A stretch of DNA of 64,000 nt from Alphaproteobacteria bacterium (GTDB lineage: Bacteria > Pseudomonadota > Alphaproteobacteria > RF32 > CAG-239). Shown in pieces: positions 1 through 9,244 of the stretch (within the stretch, counting starts at the first letter, position 1; every line of letters starts with the position of its first letter). The notes under the pieces were generated by a model, which saw only the letters and a list, made by a program, of their open reading frames with translations, did no database searches and was not told where the DNA came from. The position numbers and the translations under genes are program-made. The stretch lies in contig JAFVFB010000005.1 of the NCBI GenBank assembly GCA_017475705.1, positions 1,405-65,404 on the forward strand. The letters run 5' to 3'.

Positions 1-1509
1 TTCCCCTTTCAACCATTCTGTCATTTTAGTTATTAATGTTGTCAAACCTTTGTCATCAGCTTTGGTTTCATGGCGTTCAAACTTCAAATCAATGTCTGCT
101 TGGGATATATGTTTTAAATTGTGGCCTTTATAGCTAAGCAATGTTTGGGTCCAAAATTCATCTATAGGATCTGTTAAGAGCAACACTTCAATATTTTTTT
201 GTTTAAAGGCTTCTAACTGAGGATTACAATACAGCGTTTGACTATCATCACCCGTAATATAATAAATATCTTTTTGTTCGGCAGGCATTCTCTCAATATA
301 CTTGTCTAATGAGGTCAATCGGTCTGTTGATTGTGTGGTATAGAAACGTGATAATCCAGCGACTTCTTCTCGATTAGAAAAATCTTCGTATATACCCTCT
401 TTGAAAGCAATACCAAAAGATTTCCAAAAAACTTCATAATCCGTTTCGTCCTCTGATTTTTTCTTTAGTTCCTTAAATAATCTTGATACGACACCTTGTC
501 TTATCTTCGCAATTAATGCATTCTGCTGCAGCATCTCTCGAGAGATATTTAATGGCAAATCAGCACTGTCGATAACACCTTTTACAAAACGCAGATACAT
601 TGGCATCAAACCTTCTATTTTATCTGAAATAAATACTTTGTTAACGTAGAGTTTGATACCGGTTAAGCGATCTGGCTGAAACAAATCATATGGTGCCTTT
701 GTCGGAATAAATAATAGCCCTGTATATTCCAAGTTTCCTTCTGCCTTAAAATGTAAAGTCAGCCAAGGATCATCAAAATTTTTAGTTACATGTTGATAAA
801 AATCTTTATATTGTTTTTCTGTGATTTCTGCTTTATTTCTGGTCCACAGTGCTGAAGATGTGTTTACAGTTTCTTCTCCTGCATCTCCCAAATTTAATAC
901 AATAGGATAATCTATATGTTCCGAATAGGTATGGATAATGTTTCTTAAATAAATTGTATCTGTAAAATCCAATGCATCATCTTTAAGATATAGTTTAATA
1001 TCTGTTCCGTTTGTTTCTTTTACTGTTTCAGAAATTTCAAATCCATTTATACCATCTGAAGTCCATTGATATGCTTTCTGCTCATCTGCACGACGTGTTA
1101 CAATCTCTACTTTATTTGCAACCATAAATGCAGAATAGAACCCTACGCCAAATTTACCAATCAAATCCACTGCTGAAGAATTATCTTTGGCATTTTGTAA
1201 AAATTCTGCCGTTCCTGATTTAGCTATCGTCCCGATATGATTAATTAAATCATCACGATTCATACCTATACCATTATCTGAAATCATGAGTGTCTTTTCT
1301 TCTTTATTGGGGGTTATTACAATTCGATATGGTGATGATACAACATGGAGATTGGGATTAGTTAATGTCCAGTAACGTAATTTATCCAGCGCATCTGATG
1401 CATTTGAAATCAACTCTCTTAGAAAAATATACTTTTCTGAGTACAATGAATTTATTACAATGTCTAAAAGTTTATTTACTTCTGTTTTGAATTCTATTTT
1501 TTCTACCAT
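1..1509 (-). CDS. htpG: Molecular chaperone HtpG (Hsp90), first 503 codons; C-terminus lies beyond the left window edge
   Basis: Own minus-strand translation from ATG at 1509: MVEKIEFKTEVNKLLDIVINSLYSEKYIFLRELISNASDALDKLRY... (Hsp90/GHKL N-terminal signature). The stretches I translated (codons at 1-99 and near 1509) contain no stop. Absent from the ORF track because no stop falls in the window. Confidence 0.9.
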   Translation of the reverse strand, partial: MVEKIEFKTEVNKLLDIVINSLYSEKYIFLRELISNASDALDKLRYWTLTNPNLHVVSSPYRIVITPNKEEKTLMISDNGIGMNRDDLINHIGTIAKSGTAEFLQNAKDNSSAVDLIGKFGVGFYSAFMVANKVEIVTRRADEQKAYQWTSDGINGFEISETVKETNGTDIKLYLKDDALDFTDTIYLRNIIHTYSEHIDYPIVLNLGDAGEETVNTSSALWTRNKAEITEKQYKDFYQHVTKNFDDPWLTLHFKAEGNLEYTGLLFIPTKAPYDLFQPDRLTGIKLYVNKVFISDKIEGLMPMYLRFVKGVIDSADLPLNISREMLQQNALIAKIRQGVVSRLFKELKKKSEDETDYEVFWKSFGIAFKEGIYEDFSNREEVAGLSRFYTTQSTDRLTSLDKYIERMPAEQKDIYYITGDDSQTLYCNPQLEAFKQKNIEVLLLTDPIDEFWTQTLLSYKGHNLKHISQADIDLKFERHETKADDKGLTTLITKMTEWLKGE

Positions 1510-1600
1510 AGCTTTACTCTCCTTTTTTTGTGCTATTCTGTTAGTTTTTATATAGGGCTAGATTCGCCCGCACGCAACCCTAAGGATAAAAAAGATTAAA

Positions 1601-2143
1601 TTATTCGGCACCATGTGCTCGTAAAAAAGATACAATTTCTTTAAAATTTTTCTTTTTAGCTATGTCTAAAGCTGTTTGGTTGCTTGTGTTCCGATAATTG
1701 ACATCGGCTCCCAGTGCATATAAATGCTCCACAGTAAAAGGATTATTTCCTAAAACAGCATACATTAGAGGTGTATAGCCTTTATAGTCAGGCCAATTTA
1801 TTTTTGCTCCAGAATTAATGAGCAAATCCACCATTTCATTTTGTCCCGATTGTGCTGCTCGATGCAATGCCGTCATGCCATTATTATTTCTTTTATTAAT
1901 CAAGGCCCCATTTTTCAGCAAAAATTCAGCAAAGCGAGGTTTTCCTAATGAAGACGCTATCATTAATGGCGTATACCCCTCTGCATCTGTGTCGTCTATT
2001 TCATACCCTAAAACCACCATATCTGAAAAAGTATCTTTATCTTCTCTATTTACGACATCATATATCGTCGTCTCCATTGTTTGTGCTTGGGTCGAAATGG
2101 AATAAAAAAGGATAAATAAAAAAGATATTATTTTCATTGCCAT
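1601..2143 (-). CDS. Secreted ankyrin-repeat protein (about four ANK repeats)
   Basis: 180 aa ORF. Signal-like N-terminus MAMKIISFLFILFYSISTQAQT. Repeated G(Y/M)TPLM / TALH..A...G....V..L...GA ANK motifs. Confidence 0.85.
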   Translation of the reverse strand: MAMKIISFLFILFYSISTQAQTMETTIYDVVNREDKDTFSDMVVLGYEIDDTDAEGYTPLMIASSLGKPRFAEFLLKNGALINKRNNNGMTALHRAAQSGQNEMVDLLINSGAKINWPDYKGYTPLMYAVLGNNPFTVEHLYALGADVNYRNTSNQTALDIAKKKNFKEIVSFLRAHGAE

Positions 2144-2252
2144 GCACTCTCTTAAATACAGTTGTCTAGAGATATTTATTAGACTATCGGTAATAGATTA
2201 AAAAAGTCTTAAAGTTAATTTTAAAATATTTTTACATCAGGTCTTCAACCTA

Positions 2253-2281
2253 TTGACATTAGTGTCACCAAAGATTATATG
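2253..2281 (+). promoter_or_regulatory. Sigma70-like promoter candidate
   Basis: TTGACA at 2253-2258, 17-nt spacer, TATATG at 2276-2281. Lies about 100 nt upstream of the tail-fibre-like ORF. Confidence 0.35.
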
Positions 2282-2288
2282 CTAATTT

Positions 2289-2355
2289 AGAATGGTAAAT
2301 TAACATTCTTCTTTTTTTGTTTTAGAATCGCCTTGTTGTGCGGTTCTTTTTTTTT
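2289..2355 (+). terminator. Leader with two T-tailed hairpins (intrinsic-terminator-like)
   Basis: AGAATG-N9-CATTCT at 2289-2309 followed by a T-rich tract. GAATCGC-N8-GCGGTTC at 2325-2346 (one G.U pair) followed by nine T at 2347-2355. Confidence 0.45.
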
Positions 2356-2385
2356 ATATAATAATTTTCATTTATGGAGAAAGCA

Positions 2386-3192
2386 ATGACTGTACAGACA
2401 GAAACCGGCAAAGCGGTTTATATTGGGGATGGGAAAACAACAACGTTTCCTGTCCCTTTTTATTTTTTTGGTAATCAAATTTCGGTTTATTATAACCAAT
2501 CCACTGATCCTATGCAAGAAGGACTAGATTATACAATCCACGGCTCTGGCCAAATTAATGGCGGTGAAATTATCCTAAATCGAGCCCTAGAATTTGGTGA
2601 AACAATTACAATAACGCGTAATGTAGAATTGACTCAACTCATTACTTTTTTGGAAGGTGAAAAGTTTCCAGCGGCTGATTTTGAGTATTCACTTGATAAA
2701 ATAGTTATGTCTCTGCAGCAATTAAAAGAATTATTGGATTCTTGTGTCTCTCTTCCAAATGCAGCTGATATTACTAAAGAACAAGCCTATCAATTGTTGG
2801 TCTATTTAAATAACAATGTCGAAAATATTGAAAAAATCTCACAATTATTAACTGATTTAGCAGAGACAAAACACTATTTGTTTGAACAAATCTATAATAA
2901 AGCCGAAACTGATGCCCAAATTGCGGCAGCAGTAGCTCATAAATATAGTAATGTATTAGCACATATTGCTACTATTTCTGCCGATAATAATTATGAAGAA
3001 TACCCTTATCGTTGGGATATTCCTATCGCAAATTCAACAGAAGAAAATGTAGCAATCGTTACTCTCAGCTTAGTAGATGCTCTTTCCGGTAATTTTGCAC
3101 CTATTACTAAATGTCAAAAGGGCTTTATTAGCCTGTATATGAAGCAACAAGCTAGTGAAAACATGATTATTCCTTGTATTATTCTTCATTAA
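2386..3192 (+). CDS. Phage tail-fibre-like protein (N-terminal domain pattern)
   Basis: ORF 2374-3192. The second ATG at 2386 follows GGAGA. The N-terminus AVYIGDGKTTTFPVPFYFF..ISVY...DYT...ITITR matches the pattern I associate with short phage tail-fibre N-termini. A coiled-coil-like middle follows. Confidence 0.5.
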   Translation: MTVQTETGKAVYIGDGKTTTFPVPFYFFGNQISVYYNQSTDPMQEGLDYTIHGSGQINGGEIILNRALEFGETITITRNVELTQLITFLEGEKFPAADFEYSLDKIVMSLQQLKELLDSCVSLPNAADITKEQAYQLLVYLNNNVENIEKISQLLTDLAETKHYLFEQIYNKAETDAQIAAAVAHKYSNVLAHIATISADNNYEEYPYRWDIPIANSTEENVAIVTLSLVDALSGNFAPITKCQKGFISLYMKQQASENMIIPCIILH

Positions 3193-3202
3193 GGAAACAC
3201 CC

Positions 3203-3520
3203 ATGGAAAAAATCAAGGAAATCATTACCCACTATAGCATCTGGGCAACTTTTTTGGGTTTAATCACAATTCTGATTAAACCCTTTATTTCTATTAAACA
3301 GACACTGCAAGATATGCTAATTACATTTATAGTTAGCATGCTCGGTGGTTTGTTAGCTGAATATATGGACATTCCTATGCCTGTGAAATATGGAATTTCC
3401 GGTGTATGTGGTTTGTTCGGCATTCGGCTTTATGCAATTATTGATAACATTTTAAAATCAGCTCAAAAAGATCCCTTTTGCTTTTTAGAATATATACGGG
3501 GAAAGAAGCCATTAAAATAG
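3203..3520 (+). CDS. Holin-like small membrane protein
   Basis: 105 aa with 2-3 hydrophobic helices and a charged C-tail (KSAQKDPFCFLEYIRGKKPLK). AAGGA SD. Sits between the tail-fibre-like and spanin-like genes. Confidence 0.45.
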   Translation: MEKIKEIITHYSIWATFLGLITILIKPFISIKQTLQDMLITFIVSMLGGLLAEYMDIPMPVKYGISGVCGLFGIRLYAIIDNILKSAQKDPFCFLEYIRGKKPLK

Positions 3521-3567
3521 AGATGGTATACTTCCCCTCTCCCCTTATTTTTTGAAAAGGATTTTTT

Positions 3568-3849
3568 ATGAAATTTATATCTTTGGGAACAATTTTCCTT
3601 CTTCTGTTCGGTGGTATTTACTATTATCGCACAGAAGCTCATCGTCAATCATTACTTTTGGAAACTTATAAAAATAATACGGAAATACTACTTTCCCGTT
3701 TAAGGAGAATATATGATGAAAAAATCAAATTGGAACAACAGAAGTATGTCTTGGAAGCTGCTGCAAAAAATGATAAAAACATGTTTGATTGGAATATTGA
3801 TATTAGCCGGACTCATGTTATTAGGCGCTTGCAACAGAAACAATTATGA
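3568..3849 (+). CDS. i-spanin (Rz)-like protein
   Basis: 93 aa. N-terminal TM (ISLGTIFLLLFGGIYYY) followed by a charged helical region. AAGGA SD. Contains the start of the next gene in another frame. Confidence 0.5.
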   Translation: MKFISLGTIFLLLFGGIYYYRTEAHRQSLLLETYKNNTEILLSRLRRIYDEKIKLEQQKYVLEAAAKNDKNMFDWNIDISRTHVIRRLQQKQL

Positions 3850-3949
3850 ATATCGTGAATTACCTCGAGAGCCTATTAATTGCATAGATCATATTAAAAC
3901 ACCGCTCGATATGGCCTTATGCTTGAATGAATATCGTCTCAAATATTGA
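3713..3949 (+). CDS. o-spanin (Rz1)-like prolipoprotein, overlapped with the i-spanin gene
   Basis: Strong AGGAG SD 7 nt before ATG 3713. The frame differs from 3568-3849 and overlaps it by 137 nt. Lipobox LLG-A-C. The mature part is 39 aa, with Pro and 3 further Cys. Confidence 0.55.
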   Translation: MMKKSNWNNRSMSWKLLQKMIKTCLIGILILAGLMLLGACNRNNYEYRELPREPINCIDHIKTPLDMALCLNEYRLKY

Positions 3950-4016
3950 GCTTTTGCATATATTCCTGCCAACTAACGTCTCTTAGCAAAATTTTACACA
4001 TTTTTTCATTTTGTTA

Positions 4017-4045
4017 TTGACAATCGATTTTTTTGTATGTAAATA
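4017..4045 (+). promoter_or_regulatory. Promoter candidate for tRNA-Met
   Basis: TTGACA at 4017-4022, 17-nt spacer, TAAATA at 4040-4045. The tRNA starts at 4063. Confidence 0.3.
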
Positions 4046-4062
4046 TCAATTCGATATTTGAT

Positions 4063-4138
4063 GGCGGGATAGCTCAGTCGGTAGAGCAGAGGAATCATAA
4101 TCCTTGTGTCGTGGGTTCGAATCCCTCTCTCGCTACCA
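4063..4138 (+). tRNA. tRNA with CAT anticodon (elongator Met, or Ile2 if lysidine-modified), CCA encoded
   Basis: Hand-folded cloverleaf: acceptor GGCGGGA/TCTCGCT, D arm GCTC..GAGC, anticodon stem GAGGA/TCCTT with loop ATCATAA, T loop TTCGAAT. Not an initiator: it lacks the GGG/CCC anticodon stem and positions 1-72 are paired. Confidence 0.9.
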
Positions 4139-4144
4139 ATATAG

Positions 4145-4172
4145 AAGAGGTTCTTTACGCACCTCTTTTTTT
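4145..4172 (+). terminator. Intrinsic terminator after tRNA-Met
   Basis: AAGAGGT-N9-ACCTCTT followed by a T-run. Confidence 0.7.
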
Positions 4173-4221
4173 ATACCTTGGTGATACCTTTTGATGGTAG
4201 AATCTAAATTGGTATTGATGT

Positions 4222-4956
4222 TTAAATGCCTGTTTTAATAATTTTTTCTTGGTTAATTAAATCTTTTATCACTTCGCCTGCCATTATTAGCCCCATAACG
4301 GATGGGACAAATGATACCGATCCCGGCACACATTTCTTACCGACCTTTTCTTGTTCTGTCACTTTAGGTACTATTGGCTTTTCTTTGGAGTACACAACTT
4401 TTAATTTTTTCACACCTTGCTTTTTGAGTTCATTGCGCATTACCTTGGCTAAAGGGCATACAGAAGTTTGATATATATCAGAAACTTCAAACATATTAGG
4501 ATTTAGTTTGTTGCCTGCTCCCATCGCCGAAATAATTGGGACTCCTACTTGTTTGGCCGCTATTACTAAAGCAATTTTAGCACTCACTGTATCTATAGCA
4601 TCTACAATATAATCATATTGCTTAAAATCAAATTGTGCTGCATTCTCAGGTAAAAAAAATGTCTTATAGGTATTAACTTTACAATTAGGATTTATCTCCA
4701 TAATTCTTTTTGCAGCGATGTCTGTTTTGTATTCATTTATTGTTGTCTGTGTTGCATAAAGCTGACGATTTAGATTAGTCATTGAGAATTTATCGTGGTC
4801 AATCAAGTCTAATGCCCCTATACCGGAGCGAACCAAACCTTCCACGACGTAACTTCCTACACCACCAATACCAAATATGGCTACTTTCGATTTTGCTAAT
4901 TTGGCTATTGCCCTCTTTCCAATCAGTAATTCCGTCCTTGAAAATTGGTTTAGCAT
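4222..4956 (-). CDS. tcdA: tRNA threonylcarbamoyladenosine dehydratase (ThiF/MoeB-fold, TcdA/CsdL type)
   Basis: 244 aa. VAIFGIGGVGSYVVEGLVRSGIG..LIDHD....NLNRQ Rossmann/E1-like motifs, collinear with E. coli TcdA as I recall it. Confidence 0.8.
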   Translation of the reverse strand: MLNQFSRTELLIGKRAIAKLAKSKVAIFGIGGVGSYVVEGLVRSGIGALDLIDHDKFSMTNLNRQLYATQTTINEYKTDIAAKRIMEINPNCKVNTYKTFFLPENAAQFDFKQYDYIVDAIDTVSAKIALVIAAKQVGVPIISAMGAGNKLNPNMFEVSDIYQTSVCPLAKVMRNELKKQGVKKLKVVYSKEKPIVPKVTEQEKVGKKCVPGSVSFVPSVMGLIMAGEVIKDLINQEKIIKTGI

Positions 4957-5009
4957 CTTTTAATCCTTTCTATCTATGTTTTCACTGTGGCTAAAAAGTT
5001 TATGATAAT

Positions 5010-5043
5010 GCAGATATCCCCGAATAATATCGGGGATATCTGC
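5010..5043 (-). terminator. Perfect 13-bp stem hairpin between hppA and tcdA
   Basis: GCAGATATCCCCG-N8-CGGGGATATCTGC. Lies just downstream of the hppA stop. Confidence 0.55.
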
Positions 5044-5087
5044 GTGCTTTTCCAATCTTTCCGCCTATAGCGGTTAGCTGATTGGTT

Positions 5088-7511
5088 TTATTTTGTTGAT
5101 TCTATCCGCATACGGTAGAAAGACCGCCATACGAAATATAGTCCCAACAAGAAAAATGCTATTCCCAAACTTAAAGATACACAACGCGGAGCACTTTCTG
5201 CCATTTCAACAGCTAGTAATCCGAACAATGTTGTAAATTTAATGATTGGGTTTAGGGCTACGGATGAAGTATCTTTATACGGATCACCAACAGTATCCCC
5301 GACAACTGCTGCAGCATGTAGATCTGTTCCCTTTTCATGCAAATCGACTTCAACAACTTTTTTAGCATTATCCCAAGCGCCACCGGCATTTGCCATATAT
5401 AGTGCCTGATATAGACCAAATACAGCTATTGATATTAAATAACTGGCAAACAAATTTGCATCAAAGCAAGCAAAAGCAATTGTCAAAGAGAAAATAACAA
5501 TAAAAATGTTAAACATTCCCTTTTGAGCATAAATGGTGCAAATACGCACAACATTCTTAGAATCCTCAATTGACGCTGCGGTCTTTCCATCTAATTTTAT
5601 GTGCTTTTTGATATAATTAACGGCTCTATATGCACCGGTAGATACTGCCTGCATTGATGCCCCAGAGAACCAGTAAATCACTGCACCACCTAGCATTAAC
5701 CCAAATAAGACATTCGGATCAAGTAGATTCAATTGTAAATTCAATAATAAAATAATAGAAAAGATCATGGTCGTAGCACCAATCACGGCGGTTCCAATCA
5801 AAACCGGCTTTGCCGTTGCCTTAAAGGTATTACCTGCAGAATCATTTTCCTCCAACAGTTGTTTTCCTGTTTCAAAGTCAGGTTTAAAACCATACTCTTT
5901 CTCAATTTCTTTTTTAATACCTTTTATTTGCTCAATTTGTGAAAGTTCAAATACTGATTGGGCATTATCTGTTACCGGGCCATAGCTATCAACGGCGATG
6001 GTTACAGGTCCCATCCCCAGCATACCAAAAGCGACTAGCCCAAAGGCAAATACTGTCGGATATACCATAAATGTATCTAGACCTTCTTTGGATGTAAAGT
6101 ATGCAACAGCCATCAAGCCAACCATAACTACACCTTTCCAAAACGCTGAAAAATTACCGGCAATGATACCAGAAATAATATTCAGTGATGCTCCGGCTTC
6201 ACGGCTTGCATTAACAATTTCTTGGACATGTTGAGATTTTGATGAGGTGAAAATTTTGGTAAATTCAGGGATAATTGCAGCAGCAAAGGTTCCGCAACTG
6301 ATAATTATCGATAATTTCCACCATAAATCCGCTCCCATATCGCCAATCATAACATATGATACACCAAATGTCATGAGAATAGATATAATCGATGCTACCC
6401 ATACCAATGACGTCAACGGCGTTTCAAAATTAAATGCTTTTGCCTTGCCAAAAATAGCCTTACATCCTATGTTATTTATAAAATAGGCTACTAATGATGT
6501 CAGAATCATTAAAACACGCATAGTAAAGATCCATACGATCAGTCGTGCTTGTATGTCTATTCCATTGTACATTAATGCTAAATCACCATTTGCCGTGTAT
6601 TGCATACCAGCAGCAAGGACGATAAAGGAGATTAAAGCAACACCTGTTACACCATATGTTTCGAAACCATCCGCTGTTGGACCAACAGAATCCCCAGCGT
6701 TATCACCTGTGCAGTCTGCAATTACTCCAGGATTACGAGCATCATCTTCATCAATGCGGAAGATAATTTTCATTAAATCAGCCCCAATATCTGCAATCTT
6801 TGTAAATATTCCACCACAAATACGTAAGGCAGAGGCACCTAAAGATTCACCAATAGCAAATCCAATAAAGCAGGCTCCTGCACTATCCCTATCCACAAAT
6901 AGCAAGATCATAATCATCATGATTAGTTCAACACATATCAAAAGTACCCCTATAGACATACCTGAACGTAATGGCAAACTTTGAACATTGTATGGATTTG
7001 CTTTTAAGGATAAAAAGGCTGTACGAGAGTTAGCATATGTGTTAATTCTCATACCAAACCAAGCCACTAAGTACGAACCTAATATACCAAGTATAGACCA
7101 GCCTAAAACTGTCAATACCTTAAATAGTGGCGTATTGTTTAGATAGAAGAAGTAGTAAAAAATACAAATTGCAATAAACGCTTCTAACAACAATAACAGT
7201 TTTGCTTGTTGTTTCATATAGGTTTTGCAAGTTTCATAAATTAAATGAGAAATTTTCAACATTGATTCATGGGCTGGCATTTTTTTGATTTTTACAAATT
7301 CATAAAAACCAAACAACAGTCCCAGAACACATATTCCTAAGCCGTAGGTTAAAATTTGTGCACCGTTGATTGCCATACCAAAAATAGTATAGTCCACATC
7401 TAAATGTGGTACCTTTAAATCTATTTCTGAGGCAATAGCACCTTGTATACCTACAAGCATAACTAACAAAACAGCCTCAGCTGTTTTACTAATTTTTCTG
7501 AGTGCTAACAT
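5088..7511 (-). CDS. hppA: Membrane-bound ion-translocating pyrophosphatase (long, divergent form)
   Basis: 807 aa polytopic protein. Motifs GGIFTKIADIGADL, GDNAGDSVGPTADGFETY, DNAKK and GDTVGDPYKDTS. GNTFKATAKP carries Lys at the A/K position, which suggests the K+-independent type. Confidence 0.9.
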   Translation of the reverse strand: MLALRKISKTAEAVLLVMLVGIQGAIASEIDLKVPHLDVDYTIFGMAINGAQILTYGLGICVLGLLFGFYEFVKIKKMPAHESMLKISHLIYETCKTYMKQQAKLLLLLEAFIAICIFYYFFYLNNTPLFKVLTVLGWSILGILGSYLVAWFGMRINTYANSRTAFLSLKANPYNVQSLPLRSGMSIGVLLICVELIMMIMILLFVDRDSAGACFIGFAIGESLGASALRICGGIFTKIADIGADLMKIIFRIDEDDARNPGVIADCTGDNAGDSVGPTADGFETYGVTGVALISFIVLAAGMQYTANGDLALMYNGIDIQARLIVWIFTMRVLMILTSLVAYFINNIGCKAIFGKAKAFNFETPLTSLVWVASIISILMTFGVSYVMIGDMGADLWWKLSIIISCGTFAAAIIPEFTKIFTSSKSQHVQEIVNASREAGASLNIISGIIAGNFSAFWKGVVMVGLMAVAYFTSKEGLDTFMVYPTVFAFGLVAFGMLGMGPVTIAVDSYGPVTDNAQSVFELSQIEQIKGIKKEIEKEYGFKPDFETGKQLLEENDSAGNTFKATAKPVLIGTAVIGATTMIFSIILLLNLQLNLLDPNVLFGLMLGGAVIYWFSGASMQAVSTGAYRAVNYIKKHIKLDGKTAASIEDSKNVVRICTIYAQKGMFNIFIVIFSLTIAFACFDANLFASYLISIAVFGLYQALYMANAGGAWDNAKKVVEVDLHEKGTDLHAAAVVGDTVGDPYKDTSSVALNPIIKFTTLFGLLAVEMAESAPRCVSLSLGIAFFLLGLYFVWRSFYRMRIESTK

Positions 7512-7742
7512 GTTTTATTCCTTTATATAGTTAAAACAAAATATTACATCTAAATTATTCTAGATGATAATGATTGCACTATATTCTGTTTTTCTTAATA
7601 ATACACCAATATTTGCAAAAGACTCACAATTTTCCTTTATTCTGTTAAATATATCATTGTAATTTTTGCTTTTTGTTATTGCTAAATTAATCTATTTATT
7701 TTATTAGTTGATTATCTATTTTTTCAAGAAAGGACTTAAATA

Positions 7743-8588
7743 ATGGGAAAAATTAAAACTTTATGCCTAATGGGCGGATTAATTGTGATATTTATGTTTG
7801 TCGGTAATATTTTGGGTGGGGCAGAAGGAATGCGTGTTGCATTCTGGGCTGCTCTCGGAATGAATTTTTTTAGTTATTTTTATAGCGATAAGATGGTGCT
7901 TAAACACTATAAAGCTGTGGAGATTAAAGAAAATTCTTCTTCACCTTTGTACTCGATAGTCAAACATCTGGCGCAGCAAGCGAATTTACCTATGCCTAAA
8001 GTCTATATTATTCCTGAAGATGTACCTAATGCGTTTGCCACCGGCCGCAACCCTTCTCATGCAGCTGTTGCTGCCACTCAGGGCTTACTAGACCTGCTTT
8101 CTTTAGAAGAAATTGAAGGCGTCTTAGCACATGAAATGAGCCATGTGCGCCACTATGATATTTTAATTTCTTCGGTTGCTGCTATGTTTGCAAGTGCTAT
8201 TGCTTTTCTTGGTAACTTAGCACGTTCTGGTACTGCCTCAAGTTCACAACGCCGTTCTAATCCTTTATCTACCATTATTGCTGCTTTATTAATGCCTATT
8301 GCTGCTAGCATCGTTCAAATGTCTATTTCGCGTACACGGGAATATGCTGCGGATGAAGGAGCTGCCCGATTAACACGTCATCCAGAATGGTTAATGTCTG
8401 CTTTATCAAAATTGGATCATTTTGCAAAAAATAACCAAATGCAACGCGCCACATCACAAACTGCTCATATGTTTATTATTAACCCTTTCAGTGGTACATC
8501 GCATAATTTTTCTAATTTATTTGCGACTCACCCTAGTACGGCAGATCGCTTGGCACGACTGGAACAACTAAAACAGCAAATTTCTTAA
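7743..8588 (+). CDS. htpX: Protease HtpX (M48 zinc metalloprotease)
   Basis: 281 aa with N-terminal TMs, HEMSHVRHYD (HExxH) and a C-terminal THPSTADR motif. Confidence 0.92.
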   Translation: MGKIKTLCLMGGLIVIFMFVGNILGGAEGMRVAFWAALGMNFFSYFYSDKMVLKHYKAVEIKENSSSPLYSIVKHLAQQANLPMPKVYIIPEDVPNAFATGRNPSHAAVAATQGLLDLLSLEEIEGVLAHEMSHVRHYDILISSVAAMFASAIAFLGNLARSGTASSSQRRSNPLSTIIAALLMPIAASIVQMSISRTREYAADEGAARLTRHPEWLMSALSKLDHFAKNNQMQRATSQTAHMFIINPFSGTSHNFSNLFATHPSTADRLARLEQLKQQIS

Positions 8589-8592
8589 TAAG

Positions 8593-8626
8593 AGAAAGGC
8601 AGGGTATTGACCCTGCCTTTCTTTTC
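8593..8626 (+). terminator. Intrinsic terminator after htpX
   Basis: AGAAAGGCAGGGT-ATTG-ACCCTGCCTTTCT followed by TTTC. Confidence 0.75.
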
Positions 8627-8663
8627 ATAATAAGCCGCATTAGATATAAAATCTATTATTCTG

Positions 8664-9077
8664 CTACACACAAATTAGCCATACAGCTTGCCCAAACTCA
8701 TTTATTCCTGAAAATTTTACTGTCACATTAATTTCTTTATATAAAAAATTACTAGGACAATCTGGAAATTTCTGAGATGGAAAGTAGGCTACATCTAGTT
8801 CTGTTCCATCCATTAACAGCAGAGACAGAAATGTTTTTGCTTTTTCTTCTGGCTCTTCTTCAAATAGATATTGAAAGTTTTTCTCTATCTCTGATGGCAG
8901 ATGATACACCTCTTCTATTCCCTCAACGGCTAAAAAAATCTCTGTCGGCGGCAAATCTTGTGCTGTATTCAGGAATATTTCCTGTTTATCATACGCACAA
9001 ATGATTGTGGCGGAAAATTTTTCTTTTTGAAGTTGGTGCAATGAATATTGCCATTGCTTCATTAATAATGTATCCAT
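8664..9077 (-). CDS. Hypothetical acidic protein
   Basis: 137 aa ORF. No motif recognised and no clear SD. Confidence 0.45.
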   Translation of the reverse strand: MDTLLMKQWQYSLHQLQKEKFSATIICAYDKQEIFLNTAQDLPPTEIFLAVEGIEEVYHLPSEIEKNFQYLFEEEPEEKAKTFLSLLLMDGTELDVAYFPSQKFPDCPSNFLYKEINVTVKFSGINEFGQAVWLICV

Positions 9078-9244
9078 AAGTATATATTTTAATAATTAAG
9101 AATTTCAGTCAGCTTAAAATTTATCTCTTACTTTGTCAAGACTATTGTCCTTAAACTTGGTTTATACCTTTTAGATTTAGAATAATTTAAATTTTGTATT
9201 CCTCTATTATTTTGATTTTGGTTATAATTTTGAAGGAGTTTAAG

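Noticed and set aside
5767-6984. Four plus-strand ORFs of 72-143 aa (5767, 5998, 6247, 6553) inside hppA.
   Set aside because: They are antisense shadows of a long, motif-rich membrane PPase gene. Their sequence is low-complexity and hydrophobic, and they have no SD or motifs.
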